Of a DNA stretch of 64,000 nt, positions 30,118-40,500 are shown piece by piece. The translations under genes were made by a program, and so were the position numbers. Position 1 is the first letter of the stretch. Every line of letters begins with the position of its first letter. The notes below the pieces were generated by a model that was not told the origin of the DNA, did not search any database, and saw only the letters and a list, made by a program, of their open reading frames with translations. The stretch comes from Aureliella sp. (lineage in GTDB: Bacteria; Planctomycetota; Planctomycetia; Pirellulales; Pirellulaceae), in assembly GCA_046290675.1 (NCBI GenBank), contig JBKAHA010000019.1, positions 18,742-82,741 on the forward strand, read 5' to 3'.

Positions 30118-31206
30118 CTACGTTTCTTCCAGGGCTTCAGCCGCATTTAGAATGACATCGCGAATTTGCTTCGCTGCTTCCTTCTGCCGCTTATCACCAG
30201 CTTGTAACTCAAGGTAACTCTGAATAGGCGACGCAAAAGGCACCCCATCTCCATCGCGGCGAACATCAAAGTACACCGTGGCATCAGCTGTCTCTTGAAT
30301 CTCCAAGTCTACGAATCGCTCGGCTTGCTCCATTTTTGATTGCGCACTCGTGCTAAGTAGCCGATCTACGTTCCTGCAATACAGTACCGGCCACTCGTTT
30401 GATCCCATCACCGCATAGCGGCTTACTGAAGACGCTCCACTTAGTACTACCTTCGATGAGTTCTTTTCGTCTCGAAAGAAATCATCGGCAAAGAACTCAG
30501 CCAAGCTACATGAAAGACTGAATCTCATGCTTCGCGTAACTTTAGGCTCGACAAAGCTCTTAGCCAGTTGGTCCAGGAGTTTGTCAGCCTGTCGAAGACG
30601 AATCAATTCTTCACCCCGCTCGACTATAAGATCTTCTTCCAGTCGCTTGATAGCCTTTGAGATGGTTGAAACTGCAACTGAACCAGCTCGGGCGCTGATT
30701 GTTTCCTCAATCTCTGCATAGCTACTGAAACAGCTCTTTAGGAGAAACACTCTAGCAACTAGAGATGTCTTGCCGCGATACGCATACTTGGTTGGGGCTG
30801 AGTCTGGAAACTTATTCTTGTTCCCGGTACGGTACACCAACAGCGTACCAGGCACCGTCACAACTCCATTACCGCATAGGTCAACTCCACTGACGCCCAC
30901 CTCCTCCAGCTGGTTAAGTTGCTGCTCACTGAGATAGGGAAGCAGAACAAGGGGTAGCCGATTTCCCTCCCCGGCAATTCGTCGTACCTGGTCTAGCGCA
31001 CCCTGAAACATACTTGGCGTACTTCGTGCTTTGGCCTCTACCAGAAACTCAATACGACCCAGATCACTCTCCAGCTCAGCGATGGCATCTACCCCAAGCT
31101 CTTGCGAGACTCGAGTGCTTTTTCGTACTGATCGCAAGCTAACGGGGCCAAGAGGTATCCCCGCTGCCAGTTGGCTCAATAGCTCGGTTTCATTGGGTTT
31201 TTTCAT
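30118..31206 (-). CDS. abiEi: AbiEi-like antitoxin / transcriptional regulator
   Basis: Probable start 31206. VDA..VEAK domain, PYLS, VDLCGNG, HTH AVSTISKAIKRLEED, ASPIQSYLEL..GDKRQKEAA (AbiEi_2/DUF2186-like). Confidence 0.75.
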   Translation of the reverse strand: MKKPNETELLSQLAAGIPLGPVSLRSVRKSTRVSQELGVDAIAELESDLGRIEFLVEAKARSTPSMFQGALDQVRRIAGEGNRLPLVLLPYLSEQQLNQLEEVGVSGVDLCGNGVVTVPGTLLVYRTGNKNKFPDSAPTKYAYRGKTSLVARVFLLKSCFSSYAEIEETISARAGSVAVSTISKAIKRLEEDLIVERGEELIRLRQADKLLDQLAKSFVEPKVTRSMRFSLSCSLAEFFADDFFRDEKNSSKVVLSGASSVSRYAVMGSNEWPVLYCRNVDRLLSTSAQSKMEQAERFVDLEIQETADATVYFDVRRDGDGVPFASPIQSYLELQAGDKRQKEAAKQIRDVILNAAEALEET

Positions 31207-31230
31207 GTTCTTAACGCTTTTGCCATAGAG

Positions 31231-31340
31231 GTTTCCAGTTATTGGATGCTTTCCGGAGACGGAAAAAGCACGGAAACTGGAAAATACTTTCCAAGTATAG
31301 CACACTTTCCGGCTGCGGAAAAAGCAGTAAAACTGGAAAC
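31231..31340. promoter_or_regulatory. abiE promoter with duplicated palindromic operators
   Basis: CTTTCCGG-NNN-CGGAAAAAGCA at 31249 and 31305 (56-bp period), each followed by AAACTGGAAA; minus-strand TATACT at 31294-31299 lies between them. Confidence 0.55.
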
Positions 31341-32045
31341 TGCGTTGGAGCAAGGCGTAAGCCCACTAGCGGAGCAGCCCCTCCCTGCAAAACGCTGCAA
31401 GCTCGCAGCGCACTACCTTGCACTGCAATCAGACCGCAAGAAGCTACAGAAGTGCTTCGCGAGGCAAACGCTGATAACTCCCAGTATCGCTACGACTTCA
31501 GAAGCTTCTTGCTCGCCAGCAGTACGGCTTACGCCCTGTCGGCCGTCGGCAGGCAAGCTGCGACCGCCGACACGGCTTCGCTCGAGAGCCAATGGTTTAC
31601 TTGTCACGAAGTTCAAGCGAGCCCCCTCGGGAATCAGAGCAACAAAGCCAGCCAGTTACAGCAACCTGCATGCTACCCGTCACGCATGGCATTCGCCATC
31701 TTTCACCGTGCGGGGCCACAAGCGCTATCGCGTCGCTGGGCGAGCCCCGACGGATGAAAGACGACGAAGCCAGCCAACGAAAATCTTCCATTGAACATGA
31801 TGACTGCCAAAGCAACTCATGTTATCCGGTACCGCTAGGACAATTCTTAACTGAGTAGATGAATCGCCCTGCTTTGTGCTTCAGGTGGGAGCCGTGATGC
31901 ATGAGGCAGGCAGTCTAAGAAAGGATTTCGATCTCCTTGGATTCGCTGCGGCTTGGTTTTGGACTGAATTCACGTGAAGACAGCCCAAGGCCTGGCCACT
32001 TCGGCTTGGCTACATTCTTAGCCTCGTACTGTAGGAGATCACCCA

Positions 32046-33065
32046 ATGGCAGTACTTACTCGAGCTCATCAAGAACTCTTTCGTCGAACGCCTGATGAAT
32101 GCTTCGACTCGATGCAAGCTCTACGCTCAAAGTGCTTTAGCGACCGTGAGCAATCACAAGATCAATGGGTGCGAGCCCAGGAAGTCTTATGGACACACGA
32201 CATGACGATGTGCCTGAATGGAGGAAATGAGTACGCCCTCAATGAATGGTCTTTCTCACAGCTCTGCCGCATGGCTGGCGTTAGCAAGGATACGCTGAAT
32301 CGCCTTACTCCCAAGACGGCAAGTTGTGCGATTGAGGAAACACTTCCCGCTTCAGAGAAACCGCTCCAAGTACTCACGACGGATGCACAAGTACGTTCCT
32401 TTCACGGCGTGTCCTATACCCGTTTATGGAACGCAGAGTTGCTGGAACTCGTTGATGAATACGCGAGTGACTTCTCTCCACCTCAGACCGCCATGGATGG
32501 AGTCAGTACCGGATTGTACTGCGGCGAGCAGGACATGTTTGCTTTCCTCATTGATCCTACCGGCTGGGCAGAGATCAATGGCGAGGCCTTTGCTCCTGGC
32601 TTCTTCATATGGAACTCGGAGGTCGGACGTCGCTCACTGGGAATTCAAACGTTCTGGTTCCAGCGTGTCTGTCAGAACCACATCGTTTGGGACGCCACCG
32701 AAGTTGTTGAGTTTAGCCGCAAGCACACAGCGAACGTGCGTGATGGTCTAAACGATATTCGTTGCATCATCGATGGCCTGGTCAAGAGACGCGATGAGCG
32801 CAGAGATGGCTTTGTTGCAACGATGCGTAAGGCTGTTGTTGCCAAGCTTGGTGAAGATGCTGATGAAGTCTTGCAGCAACTATCCAAGCACGGCATCCCG
32901 CGCACGCTGGCAAAGCGAGCCCTGGAGCTTGCAGCTGTTGAAGGTGCTTTCACCATCTTCTCCCTGGTGGATGCCCTCACCCGTCTTAGTCAGGAAGTTC
33001 AGCTTGCTGGCGCTCGCACGGAACTGGATGCCAAGATTGGCCAGCTTCTGAGCTTGGCAGTTTAG
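32046..33065 (+). CDS. DUF932 domain protein (phage/plasmid-like)
   Basis: YTRLWNAELL, GFFIWNSEVGRRSLGIQTFWFQRVCQNHIV, RKHT motifs; AGGAG RBS. Confidence 0.75.
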   Translation: MAVLTRAHQELFRRTPDECFDSMQALRSKCFSDREQSQDQWVRAQEVLWTHDMTMCLNGGNEYALNEWSFSQLCRMAGVSKDTLNRLTPKTASCAIEETLPASEKPLQVLTTDAQVRSFHGVSYTRLWNAELLELVDEYASDFSPPQTAMDGVSTGLYCGEQDMFAFLIDPTGWAEINGEAFAPGFFIWNSEVGRRSLGIQTFWFQRVCQNHIVWDATEVVEFSRKHTANVRDGLNDIRCIIDGLVKRRDERRDGFVATMRKAVVAKLGEDADEVLQQLSKHGIPRTLAKRALELAAVEGAFTIFSLVDALTRLSQEVQLAGARTELDAKIGQLLSLAV

Positions 33066-33103
33066 GAATTCTCGTTTGTTAGTTCTTCAAGAGGAGTCGC
33101 ATC

Positions 33104-33337
33104 ATGTCGACTAAGAAACCTGTTCATGAGATTCGCTTTGGACGCATCAAAGCAGCTATCTGGGAAAACGATACCCAGAACGGCACGCGGCACAACGTAA
33201 CCGTGAGCAGGATCTACAAGGACGGAGACCAATGGAAGGATTCCACATCATTTGGAAGGGATGACCTTCCGCTTGTAGCCAAAGTCGTCGATCAAGCTCA
33301 TAGCTGGATCTACGCGGCAACAGGCTCGAGCGAATAA
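33104..33337 (+). CDS. Small protein, putative ssDNA-binding (paralog)
   Basis: KPVHEIRFGRIKAAIWEN..SFGRDDLP..AHSWIY; AGGAG RBS; clearly similar to 20202..20453. Confidence 0.65.
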   Translation: MSTKKPVHEIRFGRIKAAIWENDTQNGTRHNVTVSRIYKDGDQWKDSTSFGRDDLPLVAKVVDQAHSWIYAATGSSE

Positions 33338-33501
33338 CCAAGGATTCGCTCCACTTTGCCAACTGGATTGAGAGGTCCAGATCACCAAGGTTTTCAGTGG
33401 TTTACTTAGACTGCTGGGGGCCTCCAACACTAGCTTGTGGATTTCAGCGGCAGAATCCGCAACAATGGTCGGGCTCAAACGCAAGAGAACGCAACCTAAC
33501 T

Positions 33502-34620
33502 ATGAACCAAACCGAACCATCACTAGAAACGCTGATAGCACGCCCTCCTTCCGAAAGAGCCGGGGCAATGGCGGCGAATCGCTTTGCGTTTCAGATAAGT
33601 TGGGTACTCTGTCGGATCCTCGATACTCACCGCGGCTCAAGTGAATACGCCTTCATTTTGGATTACTGGGACGACGTGGTTCAGCTGGACAAAGAAAGCG
33701 GACCGAGCGAGGTAAAGTTCTTTCAAATCAAGTCAGCTACCAAAGCCAACTGGACGGTCAATCGCTTGTTGAAGCGTGAGAAGGGTAAGGATGGCCCACT
33801 ACCATCTATTCTGGGAAAGCTTTTTCGACATTGGGTTAGCTTCCCCAATTTTGTCACCTTCGCGAGATTCGTTAGCAATCGACCATTCAATGCAAAACTG
33901 AATGATGGAAACAAGGCTTTCGAGAAAACGGAAGTGGCGCTTAGCGATTGTGACCAGCACGTCTGTGCAAAGATCAAGTCAGCTCTCAAATCTGAGACTG
34001 GCGAAACGGTATCCGACGATCATCTAAAGTCACTGTTCTTCGAGCGTACGGTACTGACTCATGACGACCATGAGAATCAAGCACGCGGGAGACTTGCTAA
34101 CTTTGTCGAGTTGAATCTTGGTCCGGCAGTGCCATCTACACCCGTCTACAAAACCTTAAGGTCAGAGTTGGAACGACGCAATAACTTCGAGAAGCAGCCC
34201 GCTTCGTTCGAAGAAGTACTCAAGCACAAGGCTTTCACTCGCCAAAATATGGTGGCGATAATCGGCCTGGCAGAAAATGACTCGTCAGCTTCTCACGTGG
34301 TGAATTCCATCCAATCCCTACTCATTGCCGACGGTACTCCATCAGCACGAGTTCTCAGGTTGGTGGCATCCGTCCGAAAATGCTTCGCGATGCGCACGGA
34401 TGTCACAAATCGGGTCCATATGGAAATGGTTGATGTTGTGGGAAATTCTGTGGCAAGTGTAATGTCGGACGAGGACGAAAACCCTTCAGTTTCAAAATGC
34501 GTGTCAGCGACCCGTCAGCAAATCAGCACATCGCTGATGACACGCTTTGAGCAGCTTTACGACCCCTACTATTTAGACGGAATGATTTTGTTGGCGATCT
34601 ATGAAAGAACACAACTTTAG
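33502..34620 (+). CDS. lmuA: Lamassu effector LmuA with DUF4297/Cap4-like nuclease domain
   Basis: Probable start 33502. GAMAANRFAFQ..DYWDDVV..FFQIKS nuclease motif; directly upstream of an SMC-like ATPase. Confidence 0.8.
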   Translation: MNQTEPSLETLIARPPSERAGAMAANRFAFQISWVLCRILDTHRGSSEYAFILDYWDDVVQLDKESGPSEVKFFQIKSATKANWTVNRLLKREKGKDGPLPSILGKLFRHWVSFPNFVTFARFVSNRPFNAKLNDGNKAFEKTEVALSDCDQHVCAKIKSALKSETGETVSDDHLKSLFFERTVLTHDDHENQARGRLANFVELNLGPAVPSTPVYKTLRSELERRNNFEKQPASFEEVLKHKAFTRQNMVAIIGLAENDSSASHVVNSIQSLLIADGTPSARVLRLVASVRKCFAMRTDVTNRVHMEMVDVVGNSVASVMSDEDENPSVSKCVSATRQQISTSLMTRFEQLYDPYYLDGMILLAIYERTQL

Positions 34621-34652
34621 ACGGCTCCTACGAGCCCTTCGCACCAGGCATC

Positions 34653-36365
34653 ATGAAACGACTATTATTCGAAAAACTAACACTGCTCTCTCAAACAGAG
34701 AAGAAGGCACGGGTGCTACCGTTCCACGAAAAAGCGACGGTGATAAAAGGCGAGAATGATGTCGGGAAGTCTTCGGTAGTAAAATCGCTTTTCAAAACTT
34801 TTGGCACTCAACCACACAAAGAAACTCCACGTTGGAAGCAGGCTAATGTTCAATCGATAGTTGACTTTACAGTCGATCGCACATCGTACAGCCTGCTTAG
34901 AAGTCGGGATTCCTACGGCTTGTTTGATGGCAACGGCGATATCCTAGAGACATTCACGAGCGTTACCAATGAATTGTCACCAAGACTCAGCAGGATTTTT
35001 AATTTCCACTTAACACTCGATGCTCGAGGGAGCGAATCGCTCGCCACTCCCGCCTTCATGTTCCTTCCTTTCTACGCCGACCAAGATAAGAGCTGGATAT
35101 CTTCGCTGGATGGCTTTGAGCGATTACAGCAGTTCAGGAATTACAGAAAGGACGTCGTCTGGTTTCACACTGGGATCCGTCCGAACGAGTACTACATAGC
35201 GAAAGCCGAACGTGGCGAGGCACTGGCAGAGCAGGAAAGCCTTCAAGGTGAACGTGAATCAGTTCAGCTTGCCGTGAATAAAGTCAACAGCCTGTTTGCC
35301 AAGAATCAGTTTTCTCTAAGTATCGAAGACTTTCAGTCCGAAGTACAAAACTTAGTTGACCGTAGTCGCGAGTTGCTGAATCACGAAAGCAAATTGAAGG
35401 AGCGTATAGTCCAATCTCGCAATCTCCAAATCGCAATCGACAGCCAGATTGCGATCGTAGTGGCGGCAGCACGCGAGCTTGGCGACGACTTCACGTTTGC
35501 CGCAACGGAGCTAGATGATTCGATCGAATGTCCTACATGTGGCGCACACTATGAAAACTCAATTGCAGAGCGGTTTGCCATTGCAGCTGACGAAAATCGA
35601 TGTCGCGAGTTGATAGAGGAGCTCCAAAACGAAAAACGCAGACTACAAGAAGAATACGAAAGTGCCCTTAAGGAATCGGAAGAGGTAGCTGCTGAACGAA
35701 GCCATGTTGACGGCCTTCTAGCTCAGAAGAAAAGCGACGTTACCTTTCAAGAGATACTGCAAAGTGAAGGTAGGCGAGAAGTAAAAGAAGCTCTCCAGAC
35801 GGACATAGATTCGCTTAATTTGCGAATCGGCAAGCTCGATTCAGCGATCGTGGCCGCAGACAAACGAATGAAACAGGCTACAAACACGAAGAGAACAAAA
35901 CGAATCACCGCATTTTTTCGTGAAATGATGTCCGAGTTCCTCGATGAGCTCCGAGTTCGAACGGTCACTCCTGAGCAATATCTCAAAATTGACGCTCGAA
36001 TAAACGAATCGGGCAGCGACGGTCCTCGCGCATTGTTGGCGTATCAATTCGCTATCCTTCACACAATCAACGAGTATTCGACGAGCGTGTTTTGTCCTGT
36101 GATTATCGATTCCCCGAATCAGCAGGATCAAGACGAAGAGAATTTAGGGCGAATACGCGAGTTCATAAGAGACCGACTACCTACAGATGCGCAGCTTATG
36201 CTGTGCTTGGTTGATGATGGAGATGTCGACTACGGCGGAAAGGTCTATGAGTTTAATCGCAAATACTCTGTCCTAACAAAAGCCGACTTCAGTGATGCAA
36301 GTGAGCGCATCGGAATCATGATGGACAAAATGATAGCGGCAAGAGCAAAGTTAAATAATGCATGA
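34653..36365 (+). CDS. lmuB: Lamassu SMC-like ATPase LmuB
   Basis: Walker A GENDVGKSS, coiled coils with CPTC hinge/hook, signature SGSD, IIDSPNQQDQD. Confidence 0.85.
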   Translation: MKRLLFEKLTLLSQTEKKARVLPFHEKATVIKGENDVGKSSVVKSLFKTFGTQPHKETPRWKQANVQSIVDFTVDRTSYSLLRSRDSYGLFDGNGDILETFTSVTNELSPRLSRIFNFHLTLDARGSESLATPAFMFLPFYADQDKSWISSLDGFERLQQFRNYRKDVVWFHTGIRPNEYYIAKAERGEALAEQESLQGERESVQLAVNKVNSLFAKNQFSLSIEDFQSEVQNLVDRSRELLNHESKLKERIVQSRNLQIAIDSQIAIVVAAARELGDDFTFAATELDDSIECPTCGAHYENSIAERFAIAADENRCRELIEELQNEKRRLQEEYESALKESEEVAAERSHVDGLLAQKKSDVTFQEILQSEGRREVKEALQTDIDSLNLRIGKLDSAIVAADKRMKQATNTKRTKRITAFFREMMSEFLDELRVRTVTPEQYLKIDARINESGSDGPRALLAYQFAILHTINEYSTSVFCPVIIDSPNQQDQDEENLGRIREFIRDRLPTDAQLMLCLVDDGDVDYGGKVYEFNRKYSVLTKADFSDASERIGIMMDKMIAARAKLNNA

Positions 36366-36389
36366 CAAAGGACATTATCATGCATTATT
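36354..36389. other. Tyrosine-recombinase core (res-like) site
   Basis: AATAATGCATGACAA-AGGACA-TTATCATGCATTATT: 15-bp inverted arms (1 mismatch) around a 6-bp asymmetric spacer, about 95 bp upstream of a recombinase gene. Confidence 0.65.
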
Positions 36390-36483
36390 GTTCCAGAGTT
36401 GAAAAACTACTGAAAACCCATTCTTGAGTTGCCGTATCCGTAAAGCAACCACTGGCCAACTCGGGGATCTACACTGATGCACG

Positions 36484-37479
36484 ATGGCTGACTTACAAAG
36501 CAAAGCAACCGCATGGCAGACCAATATTGATTTACTCACCAAAGAGGTGGCGGTTGTTGAGACGCCTAAACTGGTCCACGAGGCCGGTCCAGCGGCGCAG
36601 TTTGCCTGGGAAGAGTTCTTCTATGGGCAGATACGTAACGAACACACGCGTAAGGCCTATGGCTTCGCCGTGCGGCGTTTCCTGGAACATTGTGACCGTT
36701 TGGGCCGCGAACTCGCGAAGATCACGCCTCGAGACGTCGCAACGTATTTGGACGGACTCGACTATGCCGCTTCCACAAAGAAGCTGCACCTGTCCGGTCT
36801 CAGGCACTTCTTCGACATCCTGGTCACTCGGCACGCTATTGTTCTCAATCCTGCCTCGTCGGTTCGCAGTGAGCGTTTACACGTAGTCGAAGGAAAAACT
36901 CCGGAGATAACAGTGGTACAGGCCCGCCAATTGGTGCAGAGCATTGATACGTCGACTGTGATCGGTCTACGCGACCGCGCGATCATCGGTATCTTGATTT
37001 ACACCGCAGCGCGAGTTGGGGCAGTCTCGCGTCTTAGGCGTAGAGACTTCTACGACCTGGGCGAACAGCACTGCCTGCGGTTTAGCGAAAAAGGAGCGAA
37101 GTCTCGAGAAATACCGGTGCGTCACGATCTTCGCGGTTTTCTCCTGGAGTATCTACGTACCAGCGGACTCGACTATGCGGACAAGCTTTCGCCGCTCTTC
37201 CGTACAACAATCCGTCGTACCAAACAGCTTACACAGAATCGCATGACTCCCGGTGACATGGGCCGCATGGTGAAGCGTCGCATGAGAGAAGCTGGGCTGC
37301 CTGACCGACTATCGCCCCATTCTTTTCGAGTAACAACGATCACTGACCTTTTAAGCCAGGGGGTTCCGCTGGAAGATGTGCAGAATTTGGCTGGTCACGC
37401 GGATCCGCGAACTACACGTCTCTACGACCGCCGCCAGCGAAAGATTACGCGAAACATCGTCGAGAGAATATCGATTTAG
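36484..37479 (+). CDS. Tyrosine recombinase / plasmid-type resolvase (XerD-like)
   Basis: IRNEHTRKAY, RDRAII..TAARVG, HSFR, LAGH..TTRLY; no arm-binding domain. Confidence 0.9.
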   Translation: MADLQSKATAWQTNIDLLTKEVAVVETPKLVHEAGPAAQFAWEEFFYGQIRNEHTRKAYGFAVRRFLEHCDRLGRELAKITPRDVATYLDGLDYAASTKKLHLSGLRHFFDILVTRHAIVLNPASSVRSERLHVVEGKTPEITVVQARQLVQSIDTSTVIGLRDRAIIGILIYTAARVGAVSRLRRRDFYDLGEQHCLRFSEKGAKSREIPVRHDLRGFLLEYLRTSGLDYADKLSPLFRTTIRRTKQLTQNRMTPGDMGRMVKRRMREAGLPDRLSPHSFRVTTITDLLSQGVPLEDVQNLAGHADPRTTRLYDRRQRKITRNIVERISI

Positions 37480-37564
37480 CAAGCCTGCTTTCCCTCTTTA
37501 AGGTGGTCTGCTAACGTAAGGTACACTAAATTTATCGCGCAAAACGGGAGTTTTTTGTCCGCTT

Positions 37565-40500
37565 ATGTCGACCGTTCCTAACCTGCCTACCCCTGGCCAA
37601 ATCGCCCGAGTTCGGCAACGGACTTACTTGGTTGAGCAAGTCGTCAAATCACGTCGTGTTACCGACAGCACCCTTGTGCGGCTCTCGTGCGTCGACGACG
37701 ACAACCAGGGGCAGCCGCTTGAGGTTCTGTGGGAGAATGAACTCGACCCGCAGGTAGTTACGGCCGAGGATTGGGAAGCAATTGCATCCAAGGGCTTCGA
37801 TGACCAAAGAACGTTTGCTGCTTATCTGAATTCGCTGAAGTGGAATTGTGTAACTTCGACAGATCCAAAGCTATTCCAATCACCGTTTCGGGCTGGCATC
37901 CGGCTCGATGCTTACCAGCTAGAACCGCTTCGCAAGGCGTTGCTCCTGCCGCGAGTGAATCTATTTATCGCCGACGATGTAGGCCTTGGTAAGACTATTG
38001 AGGCTGGCCTCATTGCGCGAGAACTGTTGCTCCGAAAGAAGGTGCGGGACATTATCGTTTCGTGTCCGCCGTCCATGTTGCTGCAATGGAAGGAAGAGCT
38101 CGAGGCACGCTTTGGGCTTACCTTTGAGATACTCGACAAGGACTACATGACTCGTGTGCGTAGAGAACGTGGCTTTAGCATCAATCCCTGGAGCACGCAT
38201 TCGCGTTTTCTGGTCTCACATAGGCTTTTGATTGACGAGAACTACGCGGCACCCTTGCGGGATCATCTCAGCACTTTTAGACCGGGTTCCCTGTTCATTT
38301 TGGATGAAGCACACCATGCTGCTCCAGCAAGCGGGCAAAAGTATGCCATCGACTCAAAGATTACGCGGGCAGTGCGGGAACTTGCTCCAAGATTCGAGCA
38401 TAGACTCTTCCTATCAGCGACACCTCACAACGGACACTCAAACAGCTTTTCCGCCTTGCTTGAGATCCTTGACCCTCAGCGGTTTTGTCGGGGAGTGTCG
38501 GTAACTCCTAAACACCTGGAAGCTGTTGTAGTTCGACGTCTCAAGGAGGATATCCGTGAAATTCAAGGTGGATTCCCCAAGCGAAACGTCGTGCAGATCA
38601 CGATCGATGGATTACCGAAGACAGCACCTGAACTCGAGCTGTCGCGATTGTTAGACGAGTATCGCGTAACTAGGGAAGAGCGTCTCAAAGGAGAATCCAA
38701 AAGAAAGCAAGCCGCAGCGGGGCTGTTGATTACTGGTTTGCAGCAACGTTTACTTTCTTCAATTGAAGCCTTCGCTCGAACCTTGAAAGTGCATCGGAAA
38801 ACGGTGCAGCGGCAATGGGAAAAGTCGCAAGAGGGCAAGAGAGAAACGGAAGAGAAATCACTTCCAACACTCGATCTCCTCAACAAATCGGTTGACAACG
38901 ATGATGAGCGAGCGAACCTCGAGGAGGAACAACTTAGCGCGATAGAAGATGCACAATTCGAGAGTGCCTCAGCCGCGACCATGGGGCCACTGGAAGACTT
39001 GTCGGCCCAAGAGTTATTCAGCCGAGAACAACAGCTTCTTGCCGAGATGACGGATATCGCTGAGCAGGCACGTGGCCAGGTGGATGCTCGAACGAAGGAA
39101 CTCATTGAGTGGATTCGAAAGAACATGTGCCCCAAGCTCGGCGAAACGGGTGCTGAGTGGAATGATACCCGCGTTCTGATTTTCACGGAGTATGACGATA
39201 CCAAACGCTATCTACGTGAACAGTTGGAAGCAGCAATTGCTAAGAGTGACCGTGCAGAACAACGGATCGAAATCTTCCATGGTCCGACCCCACCGCAGAA
39301 GCGTGAAGAGATCAAGCAAGCCTTTAATGCTGACCCCTCTCAACATCCAGTTCGCATCTTGATTGCAACTGATGCTGCACGTGAGGGCCTAAACCTGCAA
39401 GCTCACTGTTCGAATCTTTTCCATTTCGATGTCCCTTGGAATCCCAGCCGAATGGAGCAACGCAATGGTCGGATTGACCGTAAGCTACAGCCTCGAGACG
39501 AGGTCTTTTGTCACTACTTTGTCTACAAGCAGCGTCCGGAAGATCGTATTCTTCAAGTACTCGTACGTAAGACGCAAACAATCAAGGAGGAGCTTGGAAG
39601 CTTAGCCCAGGTCATTGATGCCAAGCTTGCCAAGTCGATGTCTGGCGGAATTCGCCACAGATCGATCGCTGAGCTCGAGACTCAGTTGGATTCGACGGAC
39701 ATCGACGAGAAACACCGCAACGCAATCGAGCAAGAGTTAGAGGCAACTCGCAAACGTCAGCAGGATTTACGTGAGCAGGTCGACAGGCTGAGATCCTTAC
39801 TGGAGCGTTCGAAAGAGACTATCGGGCTTTCCGAGGATCACTTTCGATCTGCTATTTCATGTTCACTCGAGTTGCTTGGCCAAGATCGCCTGGAAGAGTC
39901 CGGTCATATTGGCAAGAACGTTGATACTTTTGCTTTTCCTGCCCTCGATGAAAGGTCTGGAGCCGACCCAACCTGGGCTGAGACGATGGACACTCTGCGT
40001 GCCCCGCGTAAGCGCGATCAGAAGCTTTGGGAGTGGCGCAAGAGTTCGCCCATTCGTGAAGTTGTCTTCAATGATCCTGGGGTGGTAAGCGACGACGTTG
40101 TTCACTTGCACTTAGAACAGCGTGTTGTGCAGCGTTTACTCGGACGCTTCTCCGCTCAGGGATTCGTGCATCACGATCTGTCCCGATCATGTTTTGCGCA
40201 ATCGAAAGATGCCATTCCACGAGTCATCTTGTTAGGACGTTTGTGTCTCTACGGTATTGGGGCAGCTCGATTACACGAAGAGCTGATCCCCGTCACAGCT
40301 CGTTGGACGGACCCCAAGATTCGCAAGGACAAGCTCTCACCCTATGCGAAAGACACGGAAGCAAAAACGCTCTCGCTGTTAGAACAAGCCTTACTCGACT
40401 CCCAGGGCGTCTACCTAGATGGCAGAGTCACCGAGCAGTTGAGAGAGGCCGCTGCGCAAGACATCAGCGAACTGCTTCCTTACCTAGAATCTCGCGGTCA

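Noticed and set aside
31860-31900. TGAATCGCCC.. resembling an IS3-family left end
   Set aside because: No transposase ORF or partner inverted repeat was found nearby.
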